A DNA stretch of 64,000 nt, from positions 64,001 to 128,000 of the forward strand of contig JBBRSB010000003.1 of the NCBI GenBank assembly GCA_038245785.1. The letters run 5' to 3'. The notes under the pieces were generated by a model, which ran no database searches, was not told the DNA's origin, and saw only the letters and a program-made list of their open reading frames with translations. Positions 10,142 to 19,310 of this stretch are shown here, piece by piece. A program made the translations under genes and the position numbers. The first letter of the stretch is position 1. Each line of letters begins with the position of its first letter. The DNA comes from Gloeobacterales cyanobacterium. Lineage in GTDB: Bacteria > Cyanobacteriota > Cyanobacteriia > Gloeobacterales > PMM-0068.

Positions 10142-11155
10142 CTATACGTTCTTTGAACTGACAGGACACCCTAACGTTGCGCGTATAGGGGGAGCTGCTT
10201 TGTATAGCAGGAGTTTCGGTTTCAAGTTGTCAAAGTTACCTATTAAACCATCTCGACAAGATTCTATTAAAAAATAGATTCGCTTTAGTTTTTGGTCGTT
10301 AAAGAGAAGTACTTCAACAAGATCTTTTAGATAGACCAAAACAAGACTCAGATAAAAAATGAATATATTTTTCGTGTATTTCTTGCCTGTCCATACTAAA
10401 TTTCGACGCATAAAATACTTAAGCCAATATGTCTCGTAGGGCGTTTTCAAAAATCTTTTACCCATAAATGTTACTTTAGTAATCGCAGCTTTCGCCTGTT
10501 CTTTATGCAAAATAATACTATCCGTTACTAATAATATTTTCCCTGTCTGTCTTAACCTGATGCAATACTCTAAATCATCATGCTGAATAAAGAACTCTTT
10601 CTTTGGTAATCCTATTTTGGCGACACTCCTCCGATTGACCAGAATTCCCACAAAAGAAGCCATGTCAATTTCCACAACTTCTTGATAATAGGCCTCTAAA
10701 GAGAGCGGTTGATGAAATAGGGAGAAAATTCCTTGGAAGGAAACATGTCCTCTGTGTAAAAGAGAAATACCAACTGGATCCACTACCATGCTAGCCAAAG
10801 CGCTGACCTGCTCTAGTTCAAAATTTTTGGCCAAAAATTTGAGCGCGTTCGGTTCAGGTTCGGCATCATCATCCATTAACCAGATCCATTCATGACCCAT
10901 GGCATAGGCTCGTTTGACTCCCTCATGAAAGCCTCCTGCACCTCCAGTATTTTCAGCTAGTCGTACATATTCGATCAATGGATTATCTAGATAGCCTCTT
11001 TCTTGGAGGGACTCTGGCGTTCCATCGGTAGAGGCATTATCGATCACGATGATTCTATGAATAGGATGCGTCTGATTCAGCAGTGCATCTATACATTCTG
11101 TAAGGAGCTGTTTCCGATTAAAAGTAACGACTACTGCAGCTATAGTGTTTGACAT
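10142..11155 (-). CDS. Glycosyltransferase family 2, probable galactofuranosyltransferase (GlfT1-like)
   Basis: VVVTFNR, NTGGAGGF, WLMDDD, SFVG, FFIQHDDLEY; directly downstream of a UDP-galactopyranose mutase-like gene. Confidence 0.8.
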   Translation of the reverse strand: MSNTIAAVVVTFNRKQLLTECIDALLNQTHPIHRIIVIDNASTDGTPESLQERGYLDNPLIEYVRLAENTGGAGGFHEGVKRAYAMGHEWIWLMDDDAEPEPNALKFLAKNFELEQVSALASMVVDPVGISLLHRGHVSFQGIFSLFHQPLSLEAYYQEVVEIDMASFVGILVNRRSVAKIGLPKKEFFIQHDDLEYCIRLRQTGKILLVTDSIILHKEQAKAAITKVTFMGKRFLKTPYETYWLKYFMRRNLVWTGKKYTKNIFIFYLSLVLVYLKDLVEVLLFNDQKLKRIYFLIESCRDGLIGNFDNLKPKLLLYKAAPPIRATLGCPVSSKNV

Positions 11156-11165
11156 GGAAATACTT

Positions 11166-12602
11166 CTAGACCTTTGAAATATATTTACTAGATATTGTCA
11201 TAGGCAAACTTTGTTTACCCCAATTAGAGTTAGCAACCTCAGGATAGATATAGGTTATTTCAGGGATATTTAAGACAACTCTATTCACCCACTCCACCCC
11301 TTGCATGAGGCTATGGTCCTGATTGCTGACTTCATATTTCCAGGCCCCAAAACGTCCACGTGAGCAAATCCCAAACTGTTCAAGAGCCGGGATAACCTGG
11401 TTCAAAATATCGTCCCGTTCTACAGAAGGGGTAGGGTAACCATAATCAGCTGAATAGAGCCAAGTAGAGACGATGTTTTCCCGATCCTCAATCAATTGGG
11501 TATTTAAGAGTCCTTGAATGGTCTCTTCTACTAGATCTTCTCTGTTCACCAATTTTTGAGGAGATTCACTCGTCTCTGTCATCAAGGACCAGTACTGTTT
11601 AGGATCTGGAACATGATTCGGACTGTAATTGGAAAACACCGTGACCCGATAGAAAGGACAGTCTGATTCCGGGAAGTACATCCAACATTTCGATTTCAGT
11701 TCAGGTTTTGGCTGACCTTTAAGCCCAATTCCGACGATATGGGAAGATGAGTGCTTGAGGCCCTGCGCCTTTTCTTTCAGATCTTCAGGGAAGGCTTCGA
11801 CCATATTTACGAAGCAGTCGAGTGGCACGGTGGATAGTAAATGTTCATAGGTGATACGCTGCCCATCGCTCAAGGTCAAGGTTTTATTCTGCGCTGAAAC
11901 CTCGGCTACTTTGGCATGAAAGCGAAACTTGTTGAGGCCAATCAGCTCAGCGACCGCTTGCCAGATAGCTCCTGTACCCCCACTCCGGGGAAATTGAAAT
12001 GTCTTATTCGGTCCCCAAGATAAATCATCTTGCTCAAACAAAATGTTTTGGGTTACACGCTGCAGATCGACTACGGAGACGCGTTCACCAATCCACTGAT
12101 AGGCCATTTCCTCTGCGTAGTAAGCCCATACTTTGAAGTTGTAAGGCAGCATAAATTCTTGGGCGATTCCTTGCCCAAAGGTCGCAAAAATCCATTCTTT
12201 AAAATTCCGTGGCTGTGCTCCCAGCGGAGCTTTGTAGACGTTGATGATTCCTTCCAGACACTTCCACATCGACTCTTTTGGTAGGTAGCGAATATTATTC
12301 TGAAACGGGTAAGGGACAAAGCGATTTTTCATCCATACCCAAGATTCGCGCTGATGGTGTAGCCAACCCTCGTCTCCCAAAGCCTCAATCATCAATTGGT
12401 CAAAGTAGGCATAGTGAGAAAACTGGACATGCCCACCAATGTCCCAAGTAAAGCCCTGGTTATCCACAAAACTGCTCGCCAAGCCTCCGCAGCACTCCTC
12501 TTTCTCAAGAACAATAAAATCTGTTTCCCCTAATTCTTTGAGACGGTAGGCAGCACCCAAGCCTGTGGGGCCAGACCCGATAAGGACATATTTGAACTTC
12601 AC
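11166..12602 (-). CDS. FAD-dependent UDP-galactopyranose mutase-like protein (eukaryote-type signature)
   Basis: GSGPTGLGAA, WDIGGHVQFSHY, VPYPFQNNI, PYNFKVW, WMYFPE, YGYPTP, RGRFGAWKYEVSNQDHS. Confidence 0.8.
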   Translation of the reverse strand: MKFKYVLIGSGPTGLGAAYRLKELGETDFIVLEKEECCGGLASSFVDNQGFTWDIGGHVQFSHYAYFDQLMIEALGDEGWLHHQRESWVWMKNRFVPYPFQNNIRYLPKESMWKCLEGIINVYKAPLGAQPRNFKEWIFATFGQGIAQEFMLPYNFKVWAYYAEEMAYQWIGERVSVVDLQRVTQNILFEQDDLSWGPNKTFQFPRSGGTGAIWQAVAELIGLNKFRFHAKVAEVSAQNKTLTLSDGQRITYEHLLSTVPLDCFVNMVEAFPEDLKEKAQGLKHSSSHIVGIGLKGQPKPELKSKCWMYFPESDCPFYRVTVFSNYSPNHVPDPKQYWSLMTETSESPQKLVNREDLVEETIQGLLNTQLIEDRENIVSTWLYSADYGYPTPSVERDDILNQVIPALEQFGICSRGRFGAWKYEVSNQDHSLMQGVEWVNRVVLNIPEITYIYPEVANSNWGKQSLPMTISSKYISKV

Positions 12603-12666
12603 GCGGTGGTTCTCCTACTATCTATGGCAGTCCAGTACTTCTTTTCTTGAGCCCCCCGCTCAGGAG

Positions 12667-13962
12667 TTATCTCCAAGATTGAAATTGAAAAAGGCTATAT
12701 CCTCTTCTTTTCAGCAAGAGGCCCATGCTCCCTGTGACCAAAATCTCCGTGAGCAATACCGATATAACTGTCCCTTCCGCGCCCAGCCAATGGGTCATCG
12801 GGATGATAATCGCAAGGTTAAATAGGCCAGAAAATAATAGAATTCGGCTGAAAGGCTTATTTAGCGAAAAGGTGAGCATCGTTTGACCAAATAGATTGCC
12901 TAAGGCGACTAATAAAGGTAAACAAGCCATCAAACGAACTAGGGGAATAGATTCTAGAAACTTATCTCCCAGTGCTATCCGGACCAGTGGTTCTGCCAAA
13001 CAGAAGAGGGCCACTGAGAATAGAAGAGAAACCACCCCTAAGTAAAGTAGGCTTTTACGAATGAAACCAAGAGCAGCCTCACGCGACTGCTTCGCTAGGG
13101 CGTTCATGTGGGGATAAATGGACTGAAAAACAGGACTGAGAAGACCCTGGACTGCCCTAGTCAAAGTATTTGCCGCGTTGTAGTAACCCACCGTCTGGTG
13201 GTTGGTGACCAGGCCGAGGATAAAGATGCTGCTTGTGGTGTACAAGCTTATCGAAGCACTGGACATGAAGATATACCACCCATCTTTTAAGACCGCTAGA
13301 AGTGACTTATAAGAGGGCCAAATCAAGCGTAAAGGGAAAAATTTGGCAAGCACGCCCATACTCAATAACCCAGCTACTACGGACCCAGAAGCCTGAACCC
13401 CTGCAGCCATGAGGTAGTCTTCCTTGCTATGGACTAAGGCAAAAATGGCAAGGGTGCTGAGTGACTTGGCACTGAGGTTCAGGATAGTAATATATTTCAT
13501 GCTTTCCATACCCTGGAAAAACCAGACCGGGAAGAGCACATTTCCTAAAACTAAGAGAAAAGAGAGGTAGTACACCGGGCCATACTGCTGAAAGTCTGGC
13601 AGAAAAGAAACAATCCCTACCATCAGCAGAAAGCTAACCAGCATCAAGGCACATTTAATCAGCGTCACACTGCAAAAAATTTCAGAAATAGCCTGTGGGT
13701 CATTCTGATTCAAGGCAATTTGGCGCGTAGCGCTCATGTTGAAACCATAGTCCGTAAGGATGACAAAATATTGGGCAAAAGCTTGAGCAAATCCCAGAAG
13801 ACCATAGTGCTCTGGTCCGAGCACGCGCACTAGATAGGGCACGGTGATTAAGGGTAGAAGATAGTTGGCTCCCTGTAAAACAGAAAGAGAGAAAATATTT
13901 TCGACTAGGCGTTTATTGCCTCTTACCGCATCCTTAAATTTCAGCAAAGTAGGCTGCGTCAT
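12667..13962 (-). CDS. wzx: Wzx flippase (RfbX-like)
   Basis: NYLLPLITVPYLVRVLGPE.YG, DYGF, P.WFFQG.E.M; about 12 TM segments. Confidence 0.9.
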   Translation of the reverse strand: MTQPTLLKFKDAVRGNKRLVENIFSLSVLQGANYLLPLITVPYLVRVLGPEHYGLLGFAQAFAQYFVILTDYGFNMSATRQIALNQNDPQAISEIFCSVTLIKCALMLVSFLLMVGIVSFLPDFQQYGPVYYLSFLLVLGNVLFPVWFFQGMESMKYITILNLSAKSLSTLAIFALVHSKEDYLMAAGVQASGSVVAGLLSMGVLAKFFPLRLIWPSYKSLLAVLKDGWYIFMSSASISLYTTSSIFILGLVTNHQTVGYYNAANTLTRAVQGLLSPVFQSIYPHMNALAKQSREAALGFIRKSLLYLGVVSLLFSVALFCLAEPLVRIALGDKFLESIPLVRLMACLPLLVALGNLFGQTMLTFSLNKPFSRILLFSGLFNLAIIIPMTHWLGAEGTVISVLLTEILVTGSMGLLLKRRGYSLFQFQSWR

Positions 13963-14160
13963 TAAATAACTTTCCTCATCCTTTGGCAGAAAAATTTAAC
14001 TTTCAGTTTTTAAAATCCTCTCACGTATCGTACGAGCATAGGGCAAATAGATGATGAAAAGTATTGGCTATAGTCTTATGTAGACAACTCCCCCTCATCA
14101 GTAAAACCCTCGCAATGCACGTTTAAAGCAATTAAGGAAATGGCTGAATCCCATTGCCCA

Positions 14161-14248
14161 GGCACACCTTCTCCATTCTCCGGCCTTCTTGGAATCAGAA
14201 AGCTGCGAAGGAGAGGCTGAGATTTAAAAACCGTCAAAGTCCTCTTCC
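14161..14248 (-). promoter_or_regulatory. Conserved structured leader (copy C) upstream of the wzx operon
   Basis: Minus strand GGAAGAGGACTTTGACGGTTTTTAAATCTCAGCCTCTCC...GCTTTCT..AGAAGGC...GGAGAAGGTGTG aligns with 24878-24978 and 47086-47187. Confidence 0.75.
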
Positions 14249-14279
14249 ATAAAAAAGGCAAGCTTATTTTTGTTAACCG

Positions 14280-14301
14280 GTACGTAGATTAATATACGTA
14301 C
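14280..14301. promoter_or_regulatory. Near-perfect palindrome containing GTA-N8-TAC (candidate transcription-factor site)
   Basis: GTACGTAGATTAATATACGTAC in the divergent intergenic region. Confidence 0.45.
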
Positions 14302-14754
14302 AAGCCTACTTAGTTTCTGGAGAAGAACTTTACTTGCTTTCGCTATTTCAATTTATAGACGCAAGACTATAATCTTGCATCAAAGAAAATTGTTTTGATA
14401 GTTACATTTGTTTCTACGTATATTCAACCTGTAGCACCATGCTTCGCCTACATTAGACATATTTCAGCGTCACGTGGACTAAATGTATTATGTCCAAAAA
14501 AGAACTTCAAAAGGATTGTCAAGTTAAGACAGCATCTCAAAACTCAGACACTCTTTTTCGGGGGTAAAGCTAATACCTGTAGGCAATATCACTTTCCAGG
14601 AACTAGACGAGTGGATAGATTTCCCCGATGAGTTTCATTTTCATATCTTTATGCTACGATAAACAAATCTTAACCCTATATTAAACTTACTCTTCCCTAC
14701 TTCGCATTAGAAAAGCGAGGAAAATTAGCTGAACTATAGTATGGATTACTCCCT

Positions 14755-16260
14755 ATGGATATACAGAGTTTAAGGCAGGAAGTCAGACCGGAAGTTATTA
14801 AAAAAATAAATCCTCATATGTTGCAGTTTATCCAGTTTAGGGACAGAGACTTAACAGGGAAAATGCATCCAAGACTGTTACTAACTCGAAACAGATTTGA
14901 CTTAATGGCAAAGTATATATATGCCAAATTTCGAAAGTCTGGAATCGATTCAGGCTGGGGACTGCATGTATACTATGAGCACATTCGCGCCTTCAACAAC
15001 TTTCAAGAACCGGGCAGTGAGGAAAAGACGGGGAAAGACGCATTTATTGCTGCCTTTCACAATATTTTGGAATCCATTAAAAAAGAGGGTTTTGATGAAG
15101 ATACATCCATCGTACCTCTACTAGATGAAAATCTGATTCTGGATGGTTCTCATCGAACGGTAGCTTGCCTTCTGTACGATAAAGAAGTTGCTTGTCTACG
15201 GGTGGATATTAATCCTCTTGTCAATCGAGCGGTTCTTGAATACAGCTACTCCTATTTTAGAGAGAAGGGTCTGGCTAACACGTGTTCTGATGCGATGGCC
15301 CTGGAATATTGCAGACTTAAGAGCAATACCTATGTAGTCACTGTTTTTCCGTCTGCAGTGGGCAAAGATGAACAAGTAAAAAAGGTAATTCAGGAGTATG
15401 GCGAAATTATTTATGAAAAATCTGTTCACTTGTTGAATGAAGGCCCAATTAACTTAATCAAGCAAATATACGGAAATGAAAATTGGCTAGGAAATTGGAG
15501 CGATGACTTTAGGGGAGCACGGGCAAAGGCTGCGGCCTGCTTTCGGTATAATGGTTTGGCCAGAGTTTTTATCGTTGAATCGGATAATTTAGAGAACGTT
15601 ACGAAGGCCAAGGCTAAAATAAGAAAGTTATTTAATATCGACAAACACTCAGTCCATATCAATGACACCCATGAAGAGACGATTCATCTAGCGCAGATTT
15701 TGCTAAATGATAATAGTATTCACTTTTTAAACTATGCTCGCCCAAAGAATTATGCAAAATTTTATCAATTGTTAGCAAACTATCAAGAGTGGTTGGCAGA
15801 AAAAAACTTAGACAAAGAATGCTTCTGTATTGATAGCAGCGCAGTCATGGCAGCCTATGGGATTCGAGCACCTGGAGACCTAGACTTTCTACATCACGGA
15901 TATGAGCAGATAATCTCAGACAAAGATGACATAGAAAGTAATAATGACAAGCAGCCTTATCATGCAAAACCAGTGGATGATATTATCTATAACCCTGAAA
16001 ACCACTTTTATTATAATGGACTGAAGTTTGCTACTTTAGATATCATTAAGAACATGAAAAAGAATAAAGGAGCACTTAAGGACCTAGAGGATATTCATAA
16101 AATTGATGAATTTTTAGCTTTTTCTCAAAATAATAGAATTCGCTTCTATCTAAAATATTTGTTTAACCCTTGGAATTTTTACATAGCCTCAAGAAAATTC
16201 CTAGGACTGCTACGAAAAATAAAAGCAGTCAGTTCAAGATTGAAGGGCAACAGTACCTGA
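14755..16260 (+). CDS. Hypothetical multidomain protein (ParB/Srx-like + NDK-like + nucleotidyltransferase-like motifs)
   Basis: 501-aa AT-rich ORF; ILDGSHR, SVHINDT.EE, YGIR...DLD. Confidence 0.75.
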   Translation: MDIQSLRQEVRPEVIKKINPHMLQFIQFRDRDLTGKMHPRLLLTRNRFDLMAKYIYAKFRKSGIDSGWGLHVYYEHIRAFNNFQEPGSEEKTGKDAFIAAFHNILESIKKEGFDEDTSIVPLLDENLILDGSHRTVACLLYDKEVACLRVDINPLVNRAVLEYSYSYFREKGLANTCSDAMALEYCRLKSNTYVVTVFPSAVGKDEQVKKVIQEYGEIIYEKSVHLLNEGPINLIKQIYGNENWLGNWSDDFRGARAKAAACFRYNGLARVFIVESDNLENVTKAKAKIRKLFNIDKHSVHINDTHEETIHLAQILLNDNSIHFLNYARPKNYAKFYQLLANYQEWLAEKNLDKECFCIDSSAVMAAYGIRAPGDLDFLHHGYEQIISDKDDIESNNDKQPYHAKPVDDIIYNPENHFYYNGLKFATLDIIKNMKKNKGALKDLEDIHKIDEFLAFSQNNRIRFYLKYLFNPWNFYIASRKFLGLLRKIKAVSSRLKGNST

Positions 16261-16333
16261 CAGCCTATAGAAGAATATCTCTGGCGATATTTGATAGCCA
16301 AGCGATTTATATGGGCGCTCACCTTGAAATCTT

Positions 16334-16654
16334 CTATATTTCTAGTTTTTTTCCGGTCCAGTTAGATCTCTTGTATCCTTTCTGGAGTATTGCTTGCTCA
16401 CTTGGGATTTTCCAAGACTTTCCATTGTAGTACTGTAAAACTCCTGATTTGCGCCTAAACTTGGTTACCACTTCTATAAATTGTCCATCTCGTACCCTTG
16501 ACTCAAACCTTAGGGCTGCATCAGATGCAAGTACTTTATTTAGAGCTATAGGCGAACGCTTTATCAGAATAGGCTCGCTTGATGCACTATAAATAGGCAA
16601 AAACAGGAAAGAAAAAAATAAAATAGAGGTAGGCAACATCAAACTTTTTATCAT
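16334..16654 (-). CDS. Small hypothetical secreted protein
   Basis: GAGGA RBS, hydrophobic signal-like N-terminus, basic mature region. Confidence 0.55.
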   Translation of the reverse strand: MIKSLMLPTSILFFSFLFLPIYSASSEPILIKRSPIALNKVLASDAALRFESRVRDGQFIEVVTKFRRKSGVLQYYNGKSWKIPSEQAILQKGYKRSNWTGKKLEI

Positions 16655-16737
16655 AAAATCCTCTTAAATGCGTTTTGTACTATATTCCTACGTAATTACA
16701 CTGAAGTAGCTATAGGTAGCATACTTAAAAAGTTCGG

Positions 16738-16775
16738 TTTTTACGGATAAATTCATATAAATTTATCCGTAAAAA
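16738..16775. other. Inverted repeat with 16-bp arms (terminator or operator)
   Basis: TTTTTACGGATAAATT-CATATA-AATTTATCCGTAAAAA, just downstream of the 16862 gene. Confidence 0.6.
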
Positions 16776-16861
16776 ACCAATGTGTAGGCTAAACTTGTCC
16801 GGCTCTCGCCAGACGCGCTCCACCTGTACCTGCTCAGGCACCCAAAACCCGCTACTAACGA

Positions 16862-19204
16862 TTAGCTACTGGTTGTAAAAACAACATCAACCCAGTAATT
16901 GGTCGATTGGAACGTATCCGTTGGGAACGCTCTGCCGCCATACTTGTAAACTCCGTTACCACCACTATCACCATCCTTGAGCGCTCTGAGGGGTGGGTTT
17001 TCAGTGAACGTAGCGGCGAAATAGCCTTCGTCGCTCGAGTAATGTCCAACATCCGTATGATAGGACGCGACATAAATGACGTTCGCTGTGATCGGAACAG
17101 GAGTGGCAAAGTTAAGCTGCTGCCAACCGGAGGGGGTTTCATTGATAAAAGTTTCTGTGGCCAATTGCTGACCAGTACTTGTCCACAAAGTGCCGACATG
17201 CGTTCCTGTGTTCGCGCTGCCTTTGAAAAAGCGAATGCCTGTAATGAAACCATTAGTATTGGCTTGAAATCTGACACCCAGTTCAACAGCCTGATCGTCC
17301 GCCTCAGATAATACCTCTGGGGTAGCCGTAGCATCCCAGATGCTACAGGGGCAGGTGCGTGGCGTGACAGTGACTGAAATACCAGCTCCAACTGTTTCGA
17401 GATTGCCACTATCATCTACTGCACGGCTCTTAATGTTCACAGTACCGGTGGTTGTGGGTAGCCAACTGTAACCCCAACTCTCGCGACCGTTCGCCGGATG
17501 CCAGATCGTGCCACCATCAATCGAGACTTCAACGCCCCCTACCACACCGCCGCCTGTGTCGGCTGCAGTCCCTGTAATCAGGATGAGACTACCATTTTGA
17601 ACAGTTGCCCCATCAGTAGGTGACGTAATGGTTGAGGTTGGGGCCGTCGTATCGGTAGAAGCAGTCGCTGGGACTAGCCCCGCTGGGCCTGTTTGCAAGG
17701 TTTCAGGTTGAACTCCCATATCAGCCAGTAAATTGACCGTGGCCTGTTTCATCCGTCGATCTGACCCTGGGCCAACGCGATCGTGCTTTTCATCTAAGCC
17801 CCAAGACCATTGAATCGTCCCTGCTCCAAACACAAGGGCACCGCTACTATGTCTATACAACGTCAGATGGTGGGTGGCAGTGCCAGATGCATAGGTTCCA
17901 CCAAAATCTTGTAGGACGTCAACATTGCTTGCCACCGTTGTGGATAAGCGAATTAAACCAGGTGGACGAGATCCATTATCTGCATCTTCATCCCATTCAT
18001 ACCCCAATGTTCCATCAGGGAGTGTAATCGGGCTGCTGCCGGGGGTGAGATTGGCAATATCAGTATTGCGCCAGAAACGCATCTTGCCATCTGCCTCAGG
18101 AACGACGATTGCTTTCGTGCCCTCGTTCACTTTGAAGGAAGTGCCCGTTAAGGCATTTTCGGGGCGATTACAATCTGATGTTGTACTACAGCGGGGGTCG
18201 CGCCATGTACCTGTCCAAGTGGGTGGTTCCTGGGGATCTTTTGCATTAGGATCAACCCCATTTTTTTCAAAAGTCTGCTTGTAACAAACTAAGGTGCGGT
18301 AGGGCGTATTGGATGGATCCGTGCTGTTTTCCCATCGGGTCTTCCAGAAGATTTCATTACCACTGAAGAAAGCTAGGTTAACCCCAGCATCTCGAGCCGC
18401 CTCGACGTTAACCCGCTGCTGAGCTGACCAGTATTCATCATGACCGATCGATAGAAAAACCTTGTGGTTGAGGATGAGATTGCCCCGGCGATCGCTATCG
18501 ACTCCAGTAAAGTAGCTGACGTCATAGCCGTTTGCTTCCAACCAACGCACCATCGGGTATTCCGCGTTAAAAACCCAATCTTGACCACCATCAACTGCGC
18601 GAGTGTTGAATGGACGGTTGTAGCTCACTTTGTAGGCTCTCCCTGGGTTCACACCCGGTGCTCCCACATAAAGGCTAGTTTCTCCAAAATTACCGCCTAA
18701 TTTGTCGCCAAAGTTGTTGTAGGCTTGCCAAGTAGTATCTGACGCTTGAAACAAAATGTTCGATTGACTGGCATCATCGCGAACAATGAAAAAGATATGA
18801 CTCGCGCCTGCAGGACTGGTGCGAACAACTTTCGCAAAGTAGATGCCAGAGGTTGCATCTGCCGGAACGTCCCACGTCGCAGAAACGTCCCAATTACCGC
18901 AATCGATCAGGCCCGTAGTCGCGTTTCTCAAACACTTCGGTTGATTCTGAGGCTGCTGTCGGTTAACTGGAACCGTATCAACTTTGCGAGCACCTGCTCC
19001 ACCGTAATAGCCCATGCGATAGATATCGAGACGATAGCTGGTGGCAGGGGTTTTGATTTTGAAGGAAACAGTTTCCCCCCGATTGACGCTAATCTGAGTC
19101 GCGAAACCCTGGAGGTTATCATCTCCTGCACCTTGAATGTCCCATTCAGTTTCATCATTTCCCGGTTTAGCATTCTCGACAACAATCGGATTTTGGTTTG
19201 CCAT
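16862..19204 (-). CDS. N,N-dimethylformamidase-beta-like domain + Ig-like domain + DUF4082 protein
   Basis: YRMGYYGG.GAR, TTWQAYN, VSYNRPF, GHDEYWS, FFSGN, GYEWD, GTIQWSWGL; C-terminal VELGVRF...ITGIRF...NYWVDVVF. Confidence 0.82.
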   Translation of the reverse strand: MANQNPIVVENAKPGNDETEWDIQGAGDDNLQGFATQISVNRGETVSFKIKTPATSYRLDIYRMGYYGGAGARKVDTVPVNRQQPQNQPKCLRNATTGLIDCGNWDVSATWDVPADATSGIYFAKVVRTSPAGASHIFFIVRDDASQSNILFQASDTTWQAYNNFGDKLGGNFGETSLYVGAPGVNPGRAYKVSYNRPFNTRAVDGGQDWVFNAEYPMVRWLEANGYDVSYFTGVDSDRRGNLILNHKVFLSIGHDEYWSAQQRVNVEAARDAGVNLAFFSGNEIFWKTRWENSTDPSNTPYRTLVCYKQTFEKNGVDPNAKDPQEPPTWTGTWRDPRCSTTSDCNRPENALTGTSFKVNEGTKAIVVPEADGKMRFWRNTDIANLTPGSSPITLPDGTLGYEWDEDADNGSRPPGLIRLSTTVASNVDVLQDFGGTYASGTATHHLTLYRHSSGALVFGAGTIQWSWGLDEKHDRVGPGSDRRMKQATVNLLADMGVQPETLQTGPAGLVPATASTDTTAPTSTITSPTDGATVQNGSLILITGTAADTGGGVVGGVEVSIDGGTIWHPANGRESWGYSWLPTTTGTVNIKSRAVDDSGNLETVGAGISVTVTPRTCPCSIWDATATPEVLSEADDQAVELGVRFQANTNGFITGIRFFKGSANTGTHVGTLWTSTGQQLATETFINETPSGWQQLNFATPVPITANVIYVASYHTDVGHYSSDEGYFAATFTENPPLRALKDGDSGGNGVYKYGGRAFPTDTFQSTNYWVDVVFTTSS

Positions 19205-19287
19205 AATCACTCATCTCCATCGTATGATTTAGCTGTTGCATATTCATCTTTGCTGTCCCTATGACATGGCCCAGACAACTATTCCAC

Positions 19288-19310
19288 GTTTAATTCCGCC
19301 TATCTACTTA
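19288..19310 (-). repeat. Isolated end of the dispersed repeat, overlapping a stop codon
   Basis: Minus strand TAAGTAGATAGGCGGAATTAA matches the 5' end of repeat copies 1 and 2. Confidence 0.6.

Noticed and set aside
14395..14631. Short intergenic ORFs (14076-14261, 14395-14631, 24746-25024, 47147-47335)
   Set aside because: Mostly non-ATG starts, no clear RBS or motifs; several overlap the conserved leader without a conserved frame between copies
16855..17415. Alternative-frame and antisense ORFs overlapping long genes (e.g. 16855-17415, 20871-21386, 27272-27883, 29973-30452)
   Set aside because: Shadow ORFs of well-supported genes with no recognisable motifs
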